This document shows positions 1 through 12,590 of a DNA stretch of 64,000 nt, piece by piece (position 1 is the first letter of the stretch; every line of letters begins with the position of its first letter). The position numbers were made by a program, and so were the translations under genes. Source of the DNA: Candidatus Nomurabacteria bacterium (GTDB lineage Bacteria; Patescibacteriota; Patescibacteriia; HK-STAS-PATE-3). Location: NCBI GenBank assembly GCA_023898465.1, contig CP060223.1, forward strand, positions 224,001 to 288,000, given 5' to 3'. The notes below the pieces were generated by a model. That model had not been told where the DNA came from. It did no database searches and worked only from the letters and a program-made list of their open reading frames with translations.

Positions 1-111
1 TGTATGATTATGATGCTAATATTGGAGCGCCACCGCTTTGTATCGATGAAAGTCTGCCTTGTGAAGTAAGCTAATTACAAAATGGAAATGAAAGGGGGTG
101 AGACAGAAAGA

Positions 112-666
112 ATGAAAAAAGGATTCACACTTATTGAGCTCTTGGTCGTGATCGCGATCATCGGTATTTTGTCTGCAATTGGGCTCGTCTCACTAAACGG
201 TGCACGTGAAAAGGCCCGTGACGCCCAAGCCAAGTCTGACCTTGGTCAGATGCGAACTGCTTTGACCTTGTTTGCTGATGATAATGGTGGAGAGTATCCG
301 GGAGAAGGTACAAACGGACAGCCAGATGCTAGCGGCACGGGATCTGGCGGAGGGCTTGGTGTATGGGCTGCCAGTGGGGCAATAATAGGCCCGTATCTTA
401 GTTCTGAACTAGAGTCACCTTCGAGCACTAGCTATAGTTATCTCTCAAACAGCGGAGCTGCACCTGACACTACAGGAACGGATTTCGTTTTGTATTATCA
501 GTTAGAGTCAGGCGCAGGTGATCATATCTACTCACTTTTAGCTGATGGTACTGTTCGAGACTACGATGACGGGGACACTAACTTACCTTGTTGTCAGAAT
601 GATGCGCTTTGCCACTATAATGACCCTGACCCGTTGCCGACAGATGCTTCTTGCGATGGAAGCTAG
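112..666 (+). CDS. type IV pilin / pseudopilin with prepilin-type N-terminal cleavage-methylation motif
   Basis: N-terminus MKKGFTLIELLVVIAIIGIL has the canonical G|FTLIE prepilin motif followed by a hydrophobic helix. The ORF in the track starts at 82, but ATG at 112 gives the canonical short leader. Confidence 0.8.
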   Translation: MKKGFTLIELLVVIAIIGILSAIGLVSLNGAREKARDAQAKSDLGQMRTALTLFADDNGGEYPGEGTNGQPDASGTGSGGGLGVWAASGAIIGPYLSSELESPSSTSYSYLSNSGAAPDTTGTDFVLYYQLESGAGDHIYSLLADGTVRDYDDGDTNLPCCQNDALCHYNDPDPLPTDASCDGS

Positions 667-687
667 TTAGTCAAACACTATGTGTAA

Positions 688-718
688 GAATCAAAAAAGA
701 GCAGAAATGCTCTTTTTT
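688..718 (+). terminator. intrinsic terminator hairpin (aagagca-gaaa-tgctctt) followed by a T-run
   Basis: GC-poor stem-loop immediately 3' of the first pilin gene, followed by TTTTTTG. Confidence 0.5.
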
Positions 719-813
719 GAATTTGGTGTAGCAGGTAGTTCCGGGAGTTTAAGTTATGTAATGCAAGGTGGTTGCCTTGGTGATTTTCGCTATTTCTTGT
801 ATAATAATACTAC

Positions 814-1404
814 ATGTCGAATTCGCTTTATCACGGTTTGCTTAGTCTGATCTTGCTTGCTCCCTACATTGCGACTGTCCAATGGCGGAAAGCGATGAGT
901 CGTAAGATTTTTATTTGGTCAGTCAGCGGTATCATTGTTCTGATGTGTATACAAATGAGTATTCAGAGTGTCCAACTTTGGAATGAATACTCTAACGATC
1001 CGGTTGCCGCCTATTTACTACCACCTCATTCGAATGTCGTTTATTCGCATATTCTGAGATTAGGACAGCCGATACTTGTAGCAGTTATTACCGCACTAGT
1101 TACCTTTTCTGTTCTTTACTTTGCAAAAAAATACTTCCGACTCGGACAGTATGATGCTGAGGATATTCGCTGGTTGAGTTTGTCAGCTCTCTTGAGTTCT
1201 TGGCCAGGCGTCCTTATTACTTTTGTAAGCATATTTCTCATTGCTGTGTTGGCTCAGATAGTACGGGTGCTCATGGCAATGCGTAGTTCAGCTGAGCCAC
1301 CTCGACTTGTCCTCACCCCCTTTGTCGCCCCTGTCACCATTTTTATCCTCTGGTTTCTCCCAGATATTCTCCATGTTACCGGACTTGAAAAAATCCGATT
1401 CTAG
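814..1404 (+). CDS. hypothetical polytopic membrane protein
   Basis: 196-aa ORF with several hydrophobic segments, sited between two pilin genes. No recognisable catalytic motif. Confidence 0.5.
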   Translation: MSNSLYHGLLSLILLAPYIATVQWRKAMSRKIFIWSVSGIIVLMCIQMSIQSVQLWNEYSNDPVAAYLLPPHSNVVYSHILRLGQPILVAVITALVTFSVLYFAKKYFRLGQYDAEDIRWLSLSALLSSWPGVLITFVSIFLIAVLAQIVRVLMAMRSSAEPPRLVLTPFVAPVTIFILWFLPDILHVTGLEKIRF

Positions 1405-1897
1405 AAAAGGATTTACCCTAATCGAATTATTAGTAGTGATTGCAATTATCGGCATACTTTCGGGTATTGGTATTACACAATTTAATAAGTCGCGCGAAAA
1501 AGCACGTGATGCACAACGTAAATCAGACCTGGCGAATATTAGATCCGCACTATTGCTTTATTATGATGATTACGATTTTCTTTATCCAACAACCGTGACT
1601 GTAGGTGCACCGGACGCTTCCTTAGACGGCGTAGGTGTATTTGATGCGGATGAGGGCAATAATCCAATAGTACCCGAATATCTTGCGTCTGTGATATTAC
1701 CAAAAACTGACGACACCAATCATGAGTATTGGTATGACGCGACTGATGATGGGAGTGCGTATCTTCTGTATACTCATTTAGAGGGAGCTGATACAGACTG
1801 GTATTGGCTTGATTCTAACGGCAAAAACGGTGTTGAGTTAAATGCCAATACCCATACGGCAGATAATTGCAATGCAGGAACTAGCTGTACGTGGTAA
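1373..1897 (+). CDS. type IV pilin / pseudopilin (prepilin N-terminal motif)
   Basis: The ORF contains KGFTLIELLVVIAIIGILSGIG. The true start is probably ATG 1373 or the in-frame TTG 1385, which would give MKKSDSRKGFTLIEL. The upstream part of the track ORF overlaps the preceding gene. Confidence 0.75.
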   Translation: MLPDLKKSDSRKGFTLIELLVVIAIIGILSGIGITQFNKSREKARDAQRKSDLANIRSALLLYYDDYDFLYPTTVTVGAPDASLDGVGVFDADEGNNPIVPEYLASVILPKTDDTNHEYWYDATDDGSAYLLYTHLEGADTDWYWLDSNGKNGVELNANTHTADNCNAGTSCTW

Positions 1898-1906
1898 AAT
1901 ACATAT

Positions 1907-2326
1907 ATGGAAAACGCTAAGCAAAAAGGATTAGGACTAATTGAGCTCATTATCATTATCGGCCTTTTTGGCTTATTGATCGTGCTTGGCGTGATAATGT
2001 TAGGGAACGAGCGGGCTCGGACGCGGGATAGCCAGCGTTTGGCTGATATGACACGGGTGCAGGCAGCTTTTCAGCTGCTCTATTACACACAGGCAAGCTA
2101 CGCCGAGGCAGCGGATGGCTGTGATGAGGTGGGGACTGCGGTGGCTGCGTGTGGATTAGATCGCTACCTGAACGGAATTGGTACTTTGCAAGATCCGGGG
2201 TCTTTCTCTTACCGCATTGCCAAAGTGCCGGATGAGCACGGCTACGCGGTTGAGTTTACCTTAGAGCGCGGATATGGCACCCTAGCCCCGGGGTCGCATT
2301 TCTTGACTGAGCAGGGGATTCAATAA
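1907..2326 (+). CDS. pilin-like protein with a degenerate prepilin motif (GLGLIELIIIIGLFG)
   Basis: N-terminus MENAKQKGLGLIELIII retains E at +5 after G, followed by a hydrophobic helix. Confidence 0.6.
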   Translation: MENAKQKGLGLIELIIIIGLFGLLIVLGVIMLGNERARTRDSQRLADMTRVQAAFQLLYYTQASYAEAADGCDEVGTAVAACGLDRYLNGIGTLQDPGSFSYRIAKVPDEHGYAVEFTLERGYGTLAPGSHFLTEQGIQ

Positions 2327-2334
2327 CGATTCAG

Positions 2335-3099
2335 ATGGGGGATATGGACCAAAGCATCGCACTCATTGGCGCTATTGCGGTAGCTGTCTTTGGTTTGATT
2401 ATTGGCAGCTTTTTAAATGCAGCGCTCTGGCGGATGCGGGTACGGCGCTCTTTAGTAAGCGATCGTTCGCGATGTCCACATTGCAAGCACGTGCTTGGTC
2501 CAGCTGAACTCATCCCAGTGTTTAGTTTTTTCTGGCAGCGTGGTCGCTGTCGGCACTGCCGCCGCAAAATTTCCTGGTGGTATCCCGGCATAGAGCTGGC
2601 AACAGCGGCAGTGTTTTGCGTGAACTGGTTTCGTTTTGGTTTATCAACTGAGTTTTTTTACGTCACTGTTATTTCCGCTTTCCTCATTGTCATTTTCGTC
2701 TATGATGCGCGCTACAGTTTAATTCTCGATCGAGTTTCTTTGCCAGGCGCGGCATTGGCCTTCATCGGCAGTTTGTTACTTGGTGTGCCTTTTTGGGACG
2801 TGCTGCTCGGCGCGCTGATTGGTGGAGGATTCTTTTTCCTGCAGTATGTCATTTCCCGTGGTCGCTGGATTGGCGGAGGTGATATGCGTCTCGGGCTGCT
2901 GCTTGGTGCCTTCTTAGCCTGGCCGGAAATTGTCTTTGCACTGTGCCTCGCCTATATATTGGGATCGTTATATGGCATTGGTCTGGTTTTGAGTAAGAAG
3001 AAGTCTTGGCAAAGCGCTATTCCCTTCGGCACCTTTTTGAGTTTAGCAGCATACATTTTTTATTTAATGAGCGATCGTGTCCTTCCATACCTCACCTAA
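2335..3099 (+). CDS. pilD: prepilin leader peptidase / N-methyltransferase (peptidase A24, PilD family)
   Basis: A CxxC...CxxC zinc-binding tetracysteine (CPHCKH...CRHCRR) is followed by polytopic membrane segments and a GGGDMRLG active-site-like motif. Confidence 0.85.
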   Translation: MGDMDQSIALIGAIAVAVFGLIIGSFLNAALWRMRVRRSLVSDRSRCPHCKHVLGPAELIPVFSFFWQRGRCRHCRRKISWWYPGIELATAAVFCVNWFRFGLSTEFFYVTVISAFLIVIFVYDARYSLILDRVSLPGAALAFIGSLLLGVPFWDVLLGALIGGGFFFLQYVISRGRWIGGGDMRLGLLLGAFLAWPEIVFALCLAYILGSLYGIGLVLSKKKSWQSAIPFGTFLSLAAYIFYLMSDRVLPYLT

Positions 3100-3751
3100 A
3101 AAATCGCAGCACGGTTTCACAATGATTGAGCTAGTTGTCTCAATCGCAATTTTTGGCATACTCGCCGGGATTCTTGGTTGGAATTTTAGCCGCTTCCGAG
3201 AAAATGATGATTTACGTCTAGCCGCTGAACAGCTGATGACTGATCTTCGTACTGCGCAAAATACTGCCATGACCGGTCAGGTGATTGATGATCCAGGACC
3301 AGGAGATCCAGCCGTGCCAATTGGCGGCTATGGCATTCATTTTAATCTCAACATAGGCAACAACGAATATTGGATGTTTGCGGATCGAGAGAGTTACAGT
3401 GGGACAACTTGTGTTCCTGTACGCAACGAGCGCTTTGATCAATTAGTAGCCGACCCTCCGAGCACGTGTATGACTGATGGGGTGAATGATGATTTAGATG
3501 CAGCGCCTAATCCGGTACAATTACCCGGCGATGTGATTATTGAAGCCTTGCGAGTAGATGGAACACAAAGCATTACCGACGTGGCCTTTTTGCCTCCTAA
3601 ACCACTCCCTTATGTAGCTTACGGCGATCTGACAAATGCCGCCGTAGCTGGGAAAACTATTGAGATTGACCTCCGTCATACCGTGACAAACCAGCTCCGA
3701 AGGGTTACTGTAGTAGGAGCATCAGGTCAAATAAGTGTCAGCACACCATAA
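3077..3751 (+). CDS. pseudopilin / minor pilin (prepilin N-terminal motif)
   Basis: Contains HGFTMIELVVSIAIFGILAG. The start overlaps the 3' end of pilD. Confidence 0.7.
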   Translation: MSFHTSPKKSQHGFTMIELVVSIAIFGILAGILGWNFSRFRENDDLRLAAEQLMTDLRTAQNTAMTGQVIDDPGPGDPAVPIGGYGIHFNLNIGNNEYWMFADRESYSGTTCVPVRNERFDQLVADPPSTCMTDGVNDDLDAAPNPVQLPGDVIIEALRVDGTQSITDVAFLPPKPLPYVAYGDLTNAAVAGKTIEIDLRHTVTNQLRRVTVVGASGQISVSTP

Positions 3752-3757
3752 TTATCT

Positions 3758-4342
3758 ATGCATCGATTTTCACACAATCAAGAAGGTCAAACCCTGGTCG
3801 AGGTGATTATCGCGGTTTCGATTCTCTTGGCTGGTATTGTTACCTCCTTAACCCTTGGCATTGTGACGGTGCGGGCTGGTCAAGTGTCCCAAAACCGTAC
3901 GATTGCAGATAATCTAGCTCGGGAGGGTTTAGAGTTGGTGCGTACTATGCGCGATACCAATTGGCTGCAGGATAATGTATGGGACCAGGGCTTATGTGCC
4001 TCTGATGACACTACTGCTATTCCAGATTTTTTACCGGATGTAAATGCGTGGAGTCTTGATTTCAGCGTAGATGATTTTGCGGACGCCAATGCACAGGTCT
4101 TATATAGAGAAGATCGAGAAAATTCACTTCGCCCGCTTGATTACTACATGCAAACAGCTGGACCTCGACCGGACGGATCAACGCCGAGTCGCTTCCGTCG
4201 TTTATTAACGATTAGTTCTGATGACGGTAGCTGTGTCGATGCTGATGTCTCGTATACAGTGAAGTCAGAAGTGCAGTGGGATGAGGGTGGAACAACCCAT
4301 TCCTCAATAGTAGAAGAGCGACTCTTTGATTGGAGGACATGA
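3758..4342 (+). CDS. pseudopilin, PilV-like (prepilin motif GQTLVEVIIAVSILLAG)
   Basis: N-terminal G-QTLVE motif plus a hydrophobic helix. Confidence 0.65.
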   Translation: MHRFSHNQEGQTLVEVIIAVSILLAGIVTSLTLGIVTVRAGQVSQNRTIADNLAREGLELVRTMRDTNWLQDNVWDQGLCASDDTTAIPDFLPDVNAWSLDFSVDDFADANAQVLYREDRENSLRPLDYYMQTAGPRPDGSTPSRFRRLLTISSDDGSCVDADVSYTVKSEVQWDEGGTTHSSIVEERLFDWRT

Positions 4343-5175
4343 TGAGGTTGCGACGCTTATTGTATAAGAAAATATTTGCCCGAGAAGAAAAAGGATTCAC
4401 CTTGGTGGAAATTCTCATGGTGCTCGGCATTTTCTCAACCGCACTACTTATGGTGGTGAATATTTTTGTTACCTCGACTCGTTTGCAGCAGCGCACACTG
4501 ACTGCCCAGCGCCTGAGTGCTGATGCGCGATTTACTTTAGAGACCATGGCCCGGGCAATTCGAAGTGGTACGGTTGACTATGATTTTTATCACGCACGAA
4601 CGCCATACGTTTCAACAGAGTACGAGATGAAGATTACCGACCCTAGCTATCCTCTGCATGTGTTGTCAGTTATTGATCCGGATGGAAACCGTACGATTTT
4701 TCGCCGTCAGAGTCTGGATCCGGTAAATGACCCCTGGGGGAATGATAAGAGTGGCGGATTTGAAAAAGTTGGAGACAAGCTAGAAGTATGTTTAGAGAGC
4801 AACCTTTGTATAGATCCAACAGATTATGAGGGTTCCTCAAAAACGCTTTGCAACTCTGACAGTGAGTGCGGAGAGACTGGTGAATCTTGTTTGCTTTCCT
4901 GTAATTACCAAGGTGCTTGGAGCGACATTACTCCAGAGGGCGTCCGTTTAACCGGTGGATCACAACATCCCACCGAGCCCTATGGCTTTAAGGTAACCTT
5001 GACCCCCCCGTATAGTCCTTTCTTAATTCAGAATAATGAAACTGGCGAATATAAAGCTGATGAGCAGCCCCGGGTTTCCATACTCATGATAACCAAGGGC
5101 AATGGCAATGACCAAGATGAGCTGAAAGAAGTGAAATTACAAACAACCGTAAGTACGCGTGTGTATGGACGTTAA
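4330..5175 (+). CDS. minor pilin, PilW-like (prepilin motif KGFTLVEILMVLGIF)
   Basis: N-terminal prepilin motif. The C-terminal part is Cys-rich. Confidence 0.6.
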   Translation: MEDMMRLRRLLYKKIFAREEKGFTLVEILMVLGIFSTALLMVVNIFVTSTRLQQRTLTAQRLSADARFTLETMARAIRSGTVDYDFYHARTPYVSTEYEMKITDPSYPLHVLSVIDPDGNRTIFRRQSLDPVNDPWGNDKSGGFEKVGDKLEVCLESNLCIDPTDYEGSSKTLCNSDSECGETGESCLLSCNYQGAWSDITPEGVRLTGGSQHPTEPYGFKVTLTPPYSPFLIQNNETGEYKADEQPRVSILMITKGNGNDQDELKEVKLQTTVSTRVYGR

Positions 5176-6034
5176 GCAATTTTCACATTCGCAAAAAGAT
5201 GAACGCGGTATCGTGATGCTTTTGTCTTTACTCGTATTAAGCGCCTTAACTGCGGTAGCGATTGGCACCTCGGTGCTGATTATTAAAGAAGTCCAACAGT
5301 CTTCAAACATTGATCGTTCTCTGATGGCCTACTACGCAGCAGAAACGGGAATTGAAAAAGGACTCTACACCGTTAAGATTGGTCGACAGACGAATCAAGA
5401 GCTTGCTGATATTCTCAATGATCTGAATGACGGCGGCGCCATGAGCAATGGAGCAAGCTGGTCAACGGATGAGAGTACCACCAGCGAGGAATATTCCCTC
5501 AGCTCGCTAAAGGAAAATCAATCAACCGTGCTTGATCTCTACGATCCTCTCGATCCAACTGAAGGTGGTTATGAGAGCTTTGGTGTTGAGGCGCTTGATG
5601 CAAAGCCGCTCCAAAATCCAGCTTGGTTGGAAATCAGTTATTTCCCTTGGACTATAAACGGCGGCTTACTTGATTGGGACGATGATAATGTGGAGAAGCG
5701 TCTCCGCTCAGTATATGAAACCCAGCCAAATGTGCCGGCCATCTTTGACCTCTTACCAAATCAAAATTATCGCATCCGCGTGCGGGCGCTCTATGATGAT
5801 CTGCGTAATGTGCGCATTACTGCTTTCACCGAAGATGACCCGACAGATACTGATGTATGTAATCCGGCCTATAGCTGCATAAAGTCGATTCCAAATCGAG
5901 TGTTGATTCGCTCGCTTGGTGCCTCGGGCGGTAACCAGAGTGCCTTATCAGCCTCAGTGCCATATCAAGCGCCAGCCTCTGGTATCTTTGACTTCGTGCT
6001 CTTCAGTGAGCAGACGATTGATAAGAGGACCTAG
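5159..6034 (+). CDS. PilX-like pilus assembly / minor pilin protein
   Basis: The N-terminus ERGIVMLLSLLVLSALTAVAIGTSVL resembles the PilX N-terminal domain. It is the last gene of the pilin cluster. Confidence 0.55.
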   Translation: MCMDVKQFSHSQKDERGIVMLLSLLVLSALTAVAIGTSVLIIKEVQQSSNIDRSLMAYYAAETGIEKGLYTVKIGRQTNQELADILNDLNDGGAMSNGASWSTDESTTSEEYSLSSLKENQSTVLDLYDPLDPTEGGYESFGVEALDAKPLQNPAWLEISYFPWTINGGLLDWDDDNVEKRLRSVYETQPNVPAIFDLLPNQNYRIRVRALYDDLRNVRITAFTEDDPTDTDVCNPAYSCIKSIPNRVLIRSLGASGGNQSALSASVPYQAPASGIFDFVLFSEQTIDKRT

Positions 6035-6113
6035 GTTAAGGAAATCTGAAATAAGAATATCGAAACACTAGACAATTTTGAAATTGGCTATTACTTCGAT
6101 TTTCGGAATACGT

Positions 6114-9035
<2,922 letters not shown>

Positions 9036-9076
9036 GCATAGCGACAGCTGGGACGAACTTTGCTAGACTAGCCTAT

Positions 9077-9376
9077 ATGTCATCGAAATATGCAAAAATC
9101 GACCTCTTAGCTGATATGGCAAAGATTGCCCTGACTGATGAGGAGCAGAAAAAACTAGAAAAAGAACTGCAAAGCATCTTAGCCTATGTGCAGGTCCTTG
9201 ATAAGGTTGATACTTCGAGTACACCGCCTACGCGTCATGTCAGCGGTCTCATCAATCAGACAAGAGAGGATAAGATTGTCCCTTCTGATCATGCGAGTGA
9301 GATTACTCGTCAATCCCCACGACGTTCAGGATTTGAGATTCCTTCGGTACGTAGCTTATGGACTTCAAAGAAATAA
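9077..9376 (+). CDS. gatC: Asp-tRNA(Asn)/Glu-tRNA(Gln) amidotransferase subunit C
   Basis: 99-aa protein immediately upstream of gatA and overlapping it. N-terminal I...LA.M..I.L..EE pattern typical of GatC. Confidence 0.8.
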   Translation: MSSKYAKIDLLADMAKIALTDEEQKKLEKELQSILAYVQVLDKVDTSSTPPTRHVSGLINQTREDKIVPSDHASEITRQSPRRSGFEIPSVRSLWTSKK

Positions 9377-10818
9377 CCCTTAGCCGAGCTCTGGAGGGAT
9401 TACGCTCGGGAGAATATAGCGCGATTGAGTTGACGCAAAGTTTGCTAGAACGCAGTGCTCAACTTAACCCCAAACTCAACGCCTACATTTCCATTCATGC
9501 TGAGCAGGCTATGGCCGCAGCCCAAGAGGCTGATGCCAAACTTTCTCGGGGTGAGGACATTGGACCCTTAACTGGCATCCCAATAGCAGTGAAGGATGGA
9601 ATTGTGACGAAGGGCCCATCAACGGCCGGCTCTCACATGCTTGAGCATTTTAGCGCTACGTATAATGCCAGTGTGGTGGAGCGATTACAGCAGGCCGGCG
9701 CTATTATCTTAGGCAAGACAAACTGCGATGAATTTGCTTTTGGCGTATCAGGTGAGTACTCAGCTTTTGGGCCAAGTCGTAACCCATGGGACACTGAGCG
9801 AGTGCCAGGTGGTTCATCATCCGGCTCAGCTGTTGCGGTTGCCGCAGGCTTAGCGCTTGGGTCACTTGGTAGTGATACCGGCGGATCAGTTCGTCAGCCG
9901 GCGAGCATGACTAATCTTGTCGGTATCCGCCCGAGTTATGGACGAGTAAGTCGATATGGTTTAATCGGCACCGCTTCCTCGCTTGATACGATTGGCGTCT
10001 TTGGTCGTAACGTTGAGGATGCCGTGCGCATCTTCCAGGCAATAGCCGGACATGATACTAAGGACGCAACTTCGTTGCCTGATGCAGTGCCGGACTATTT
10101 AGCGCTTATGCAGGAAAAAAATCGTAAACTGCGTATTGGTATACCAAAGGAATATTTTAGCGACGCCTTACGAGATGATGTGCGTGCAGTGGTAGAGCAG
10201 GCGATTATGACTTTGCGGCAGCTTGGTCACGAGCCAGTGGAGATTTCTTTGCCGCACACCGAGGAGTCGCTGGCAGTCTATTACATTCTCAACCCTTCTG
10301 AATCATCTTCCAACCTCGCACGCTTTGATGGCATTCGTTACGGACACTCAGCGCTGGAGAAAAATGAGAAAGCGCCGCTAGGTGAAGTGTTTGCGAAAAG
10401 TCGTGATGAGGGTTTTGGTCCAGAAGCAAAGCGACGCATTTTACTCGGCACCTTTGCCTTATCCAGCGGCTATGCAGCGAAATATTATGTGAAGGCGCAG
10501 CAAGTTCGCACTTTAGTAAAAGAGGACTTCACAAATGCCTTTCAATCGGTTGACCTGATTGTTACCCCGACTGTACCAGAGCCAGCCTGGAAAATCGGCG
10601 AAGTGCAAGATCCTTTGAAGCTCTATCTGGCTGATATTTTCATGACGGCGACCAGCTTAGCCGGACTGCCAGCCATTTCCGTTCCTGCTGGCTTTGTCGA
10701 CGGATTACCCGTTGGTATGCAGATTATTGGCAAGTCATTAGCCGAAGCAGAAATATTTGCCCTGGCTCAGCAATATGAGAATTCAAGTGAATGGGTAAAG
10801 CAATTTCCCAAACTTTAG
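9358..10818 (+). CDS. gatA: Glu-tRNA(Gln)/Asp-tRNA(Asn) amidotransferase subunit A (amidase signature family)
   Basis: Amidase signature GGSSSGSAVAVAAG...GSDTGGSVRQPAS. Length 486 aa. Confidence 0.95.
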   Translation: MDFKEITLSRALEGLRSGEYSAIELTQSLLERSAQLNPKLNAYISIHAEQAMAAAQEADAKLSRGEDIGPLTGIPIAVKDGIVTKGPSTAGSHMLEHFSATYNASVVERLQQAGAIILGKTNCDEFAFGVSGEYSAFGPSRNPWDTERVPGGSSSGSAVAVAAGLALGSLGSDTGGSVRQPASMTNLVGIRPSYGRVSRYGLIGTASSLDTIGVFGRNVEDAVRIFQAIAGHDTKDATSLPDAVPDYLALMQEKNRKLRIGIPKEYFSDALRDDVRAVVEQAIMTLRQLGHEPVEISLPHTEESLAVYYILNPSESSSNLARFDGIRYGHSALEKNEKAPLGEVFAKSRDEGFGPEAKRRILLGTFALSSGYAAKYYVKAQQVRTLVKEDFTNAFQSVDLIVTPTVPEPAWKIGEVQDPLKLYLADIFMTATSLAGLPAISVPAGFVDGLPVGMQIIGKSLAEAEIFALAQQYENSSEWVKQFPKL

Positions 10819-10882
10819 CACTTGTCAAAAGTCACTTTTTATTGTAGACTTATCGCGTTCCTAATCTGAAATCGCAGTAACT

Positions 10883-11260
10883 ATGGCGGAAAAAAAGACC
10901 AAGGTCCTTATTGTAGAAGACGAGAAAATGCTCGCCGATATGTATGGGACGAAATTCAGTATGGAGGGGTATGAAGTAGAAAAGGCGAATGATGGTGCGG
11001 CTGGTTTAGAAAAAGCAAAAACCATGCAGCCGGATATCATTCTCTTGGATGTTATTATGCCAAAGATGGACGGTTTTACCGTGCTTAAGGCGCTGAAAGA
11101 AGAGTCAAGGTTAAAAGATACCCCAGTCATCTTGTTGACCAATCTAGGTCAGGACGATGATGTAAAAAAAGGGAAAGAGCTCGGAGCAAATGATTATTAT
11201 GTGAAATCAAATCACAGTCCTTCCGAGATCGTCGAAAAAGTAAAACAAGTTATTCAGTAA
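10883..11260 (+). CDS. single-domain response regulator (CheY-like receiver)
   Basis: KVLIVEDE...DIILLDVIMPKMDG...K receiver motifs. No output domain. Confidence 0.85.
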   Translation: MAEKKTKVLIVEDEKMLADMYGTKFSMEGYEVEKANDGAAGLEKAKTMQPDIILLDVIMPKMDGFTVLKALKEESRLKDTPVILLTNLGQDDDVKKGKELGANDYYVKSNHSPSEIVEKVKQVIQ

Positions 11261-11284
11261 GATATTTTAATTTATCAAACGCGC

Positions 11285-11890
11285 ATGTCAGAGACACAGC
11301 CGAATTTTATCGAACGCACCGTTGTCTTGGTGAAACCAGATGGTGTGAAGCGGGGATTAGTCGGGGAAATAATTGGCCGATTTGAAAAGACCGGCTTAAA
11401 AATAGTCGGAATGAAAATGATCTGGGTTGATAAAGAGCTGGTGGCTAAGCACTACCCAGAATCACGCACCGAATTGCTGCGAGGTATCGGTGAAAAAACT
11501 TTGAAGACCTATCAAGAGTACGGCATGGATCCAAACGAGCAATTGGGAACTATGGATCCGCTGGAAATTGGTAAGATGGTGAATAACTGGAATATTGATT
11601 TCCTCACCTCAGGTCCAGTTATGGCTATGGTGCTCGAAGGTCTGCACGCCATTTCTAACGTACGACAAATAGTTGGTAATACTTTACCGGTCTTTGCTGA
11701 TCCAGGTACCATTCGTGGTGATTACTCACTGGATTCTCCGGCTATGGCCAATCAACAGAAGCGAACGGTCCGTAACCTGATTCACGCTTCAGGTAACGCT
11801 GAAGAAGCAAAGTATGAAGTTGAGCTATGGTTCCGTGAGAACGAGCTCTATACCTACAAGCGCAGCGACGAAGCGGTGATGTACGAGTAG
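11285..11890 (+). CDS. ndk: nucleoside-diphosphate kinase-like protein
   Basis: ERT(V/L)VLVKPDGV... and NLIHASG (NxIHxSD-like) motifs. It is longer than the canonical NDK because of inserted segments. Confidence 0.8.
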   Translation: MSETQPNFIERTVVLVKPDGVKRGLVGEIIGRFEKTGLKIVGMKMIWVDKELVAKHYPESRTELLRGIGEKTLKTYQEYGMDPNEQLGTMDPLEIGKMVNNWNIDFLTSGPVMAMVLEGLHAISNVRQIVGNTLPVFADPGTIRGDYSLDSPAMANQQKRTVRNLIHASGNAEEAKYEVELWFRENELYTYKRSDEAVMYE

Positions 11891-11905
11891 TTTATTCTCT
11901 GAAGC

Positions 11906-11940
11906 AAAAAAAAGACCGGGCCACGTGCCCGGTTTTTTAA
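11906..11940. terminator. bidirectional intrinsic terminator (aaaaaaaa-gaccgggc-cacg-tgcccggtc... tttttt)
   Basis: Perfect GC-rich hairpin flanked by an A-run and a T-run. It sits between the convergent ndk and the 11937..12569 gene. Confidence 0.7.
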
Positions 11941-12569
11941 ATGTGTTCTTTCGCTAGCCGTTTAAGTTTTTGGCCCGCAGAGGTTGTTGTAATTTTATTT
12001 GTAATGGCGAGTCCGTGCTTTAATTGGCTCACTGTTTTTTCAGGGGCATATGAATGCGGTGAGTCTGCAAACTTATCTAAAAAGTTTTCTTTTAGTGTTT
12101 TAAATTTTTGCTCATCAAATTTGTTAGAGTTACGATCGTAGCTGAGTTCATAAATTGTCGCTAGTTTGTCTTGATATACTTCAGCTCTATGTTCTGTTGT
12201 TACCCAAAAGAAATCATTATCTTTTTTTGAGGATTCTTGCATTGCTTCACATTGGCTATAAAAAACACTTATTTCTTGTAGTTCATCTTGATCAAAGTCC
12301 GCAGCAAAAAGATACGAGAAGTCTCTCCAGCTATTATTAGGTAAAATATGAGGAAAATCTTTTGCACCTCTCTCCACTAAGCCTCGTATTTCTTCGATCC
12401 TTTGTTCAGCGTTACGAATTTCGGTTAATAATATTCGCGCTACATCAGTTTTTTTATCTTTTCTCTGACGTCGATATAATATTAACGTAGATAGTCCAAG
12501 TAGGCCGACTAGAAATGTAGAGAACGCTTCAACGTGATCGATAAATAAGTAAGAAATAATATGATTCAT
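11937..12569 (-). CDS. hypothetical N-terminally membrane-anchored protein (AT-rich gene)
   Basis: 210-aa ORF with one N-terminal hydrophobic helix followed by a charged soluble region. No recognisable family. Confidence 0.5.
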   Translation of the reverse strand: MNHIISYLFIDHVEAFSTFLVGLLGLSTLILYRRQRKDKKTDVARILLTEIRNAEQRIEEIRGLVERGAKDFPHILPNNSWRDFSYLFAADFDQDELQEISVFYSQCEAMQESSKKDNDFFWVTTEHRAEVYQDKLATIYELSYDRNSNKFDEQKFKTLKENFLDKFADSPHSYAPEKTVSQLKHGLAITNKITTTSAGQKLKRLAKEHI

Positions 12570-12590
12570 ATAGAGTATTAGTTATTTGTA

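Noticed and set aside
814-1404. Possible second prepilin peptidase (TadV/FlaK-like) among the pilin genes
   Set aside because: It is a polytopic membrane protein, but it lacks the paired Asp motifs (GGGD.KL) that are present in the true PilD at 2335-3099. I kept it as a hypothetical membrane protein.
6035-6113. Possible regulatory element between PilX-like gene and convergent phosphoesterase gene
   Set aside because: It is short and AT-rich, with no clear hairpin or T-run, so I did not annotate it.
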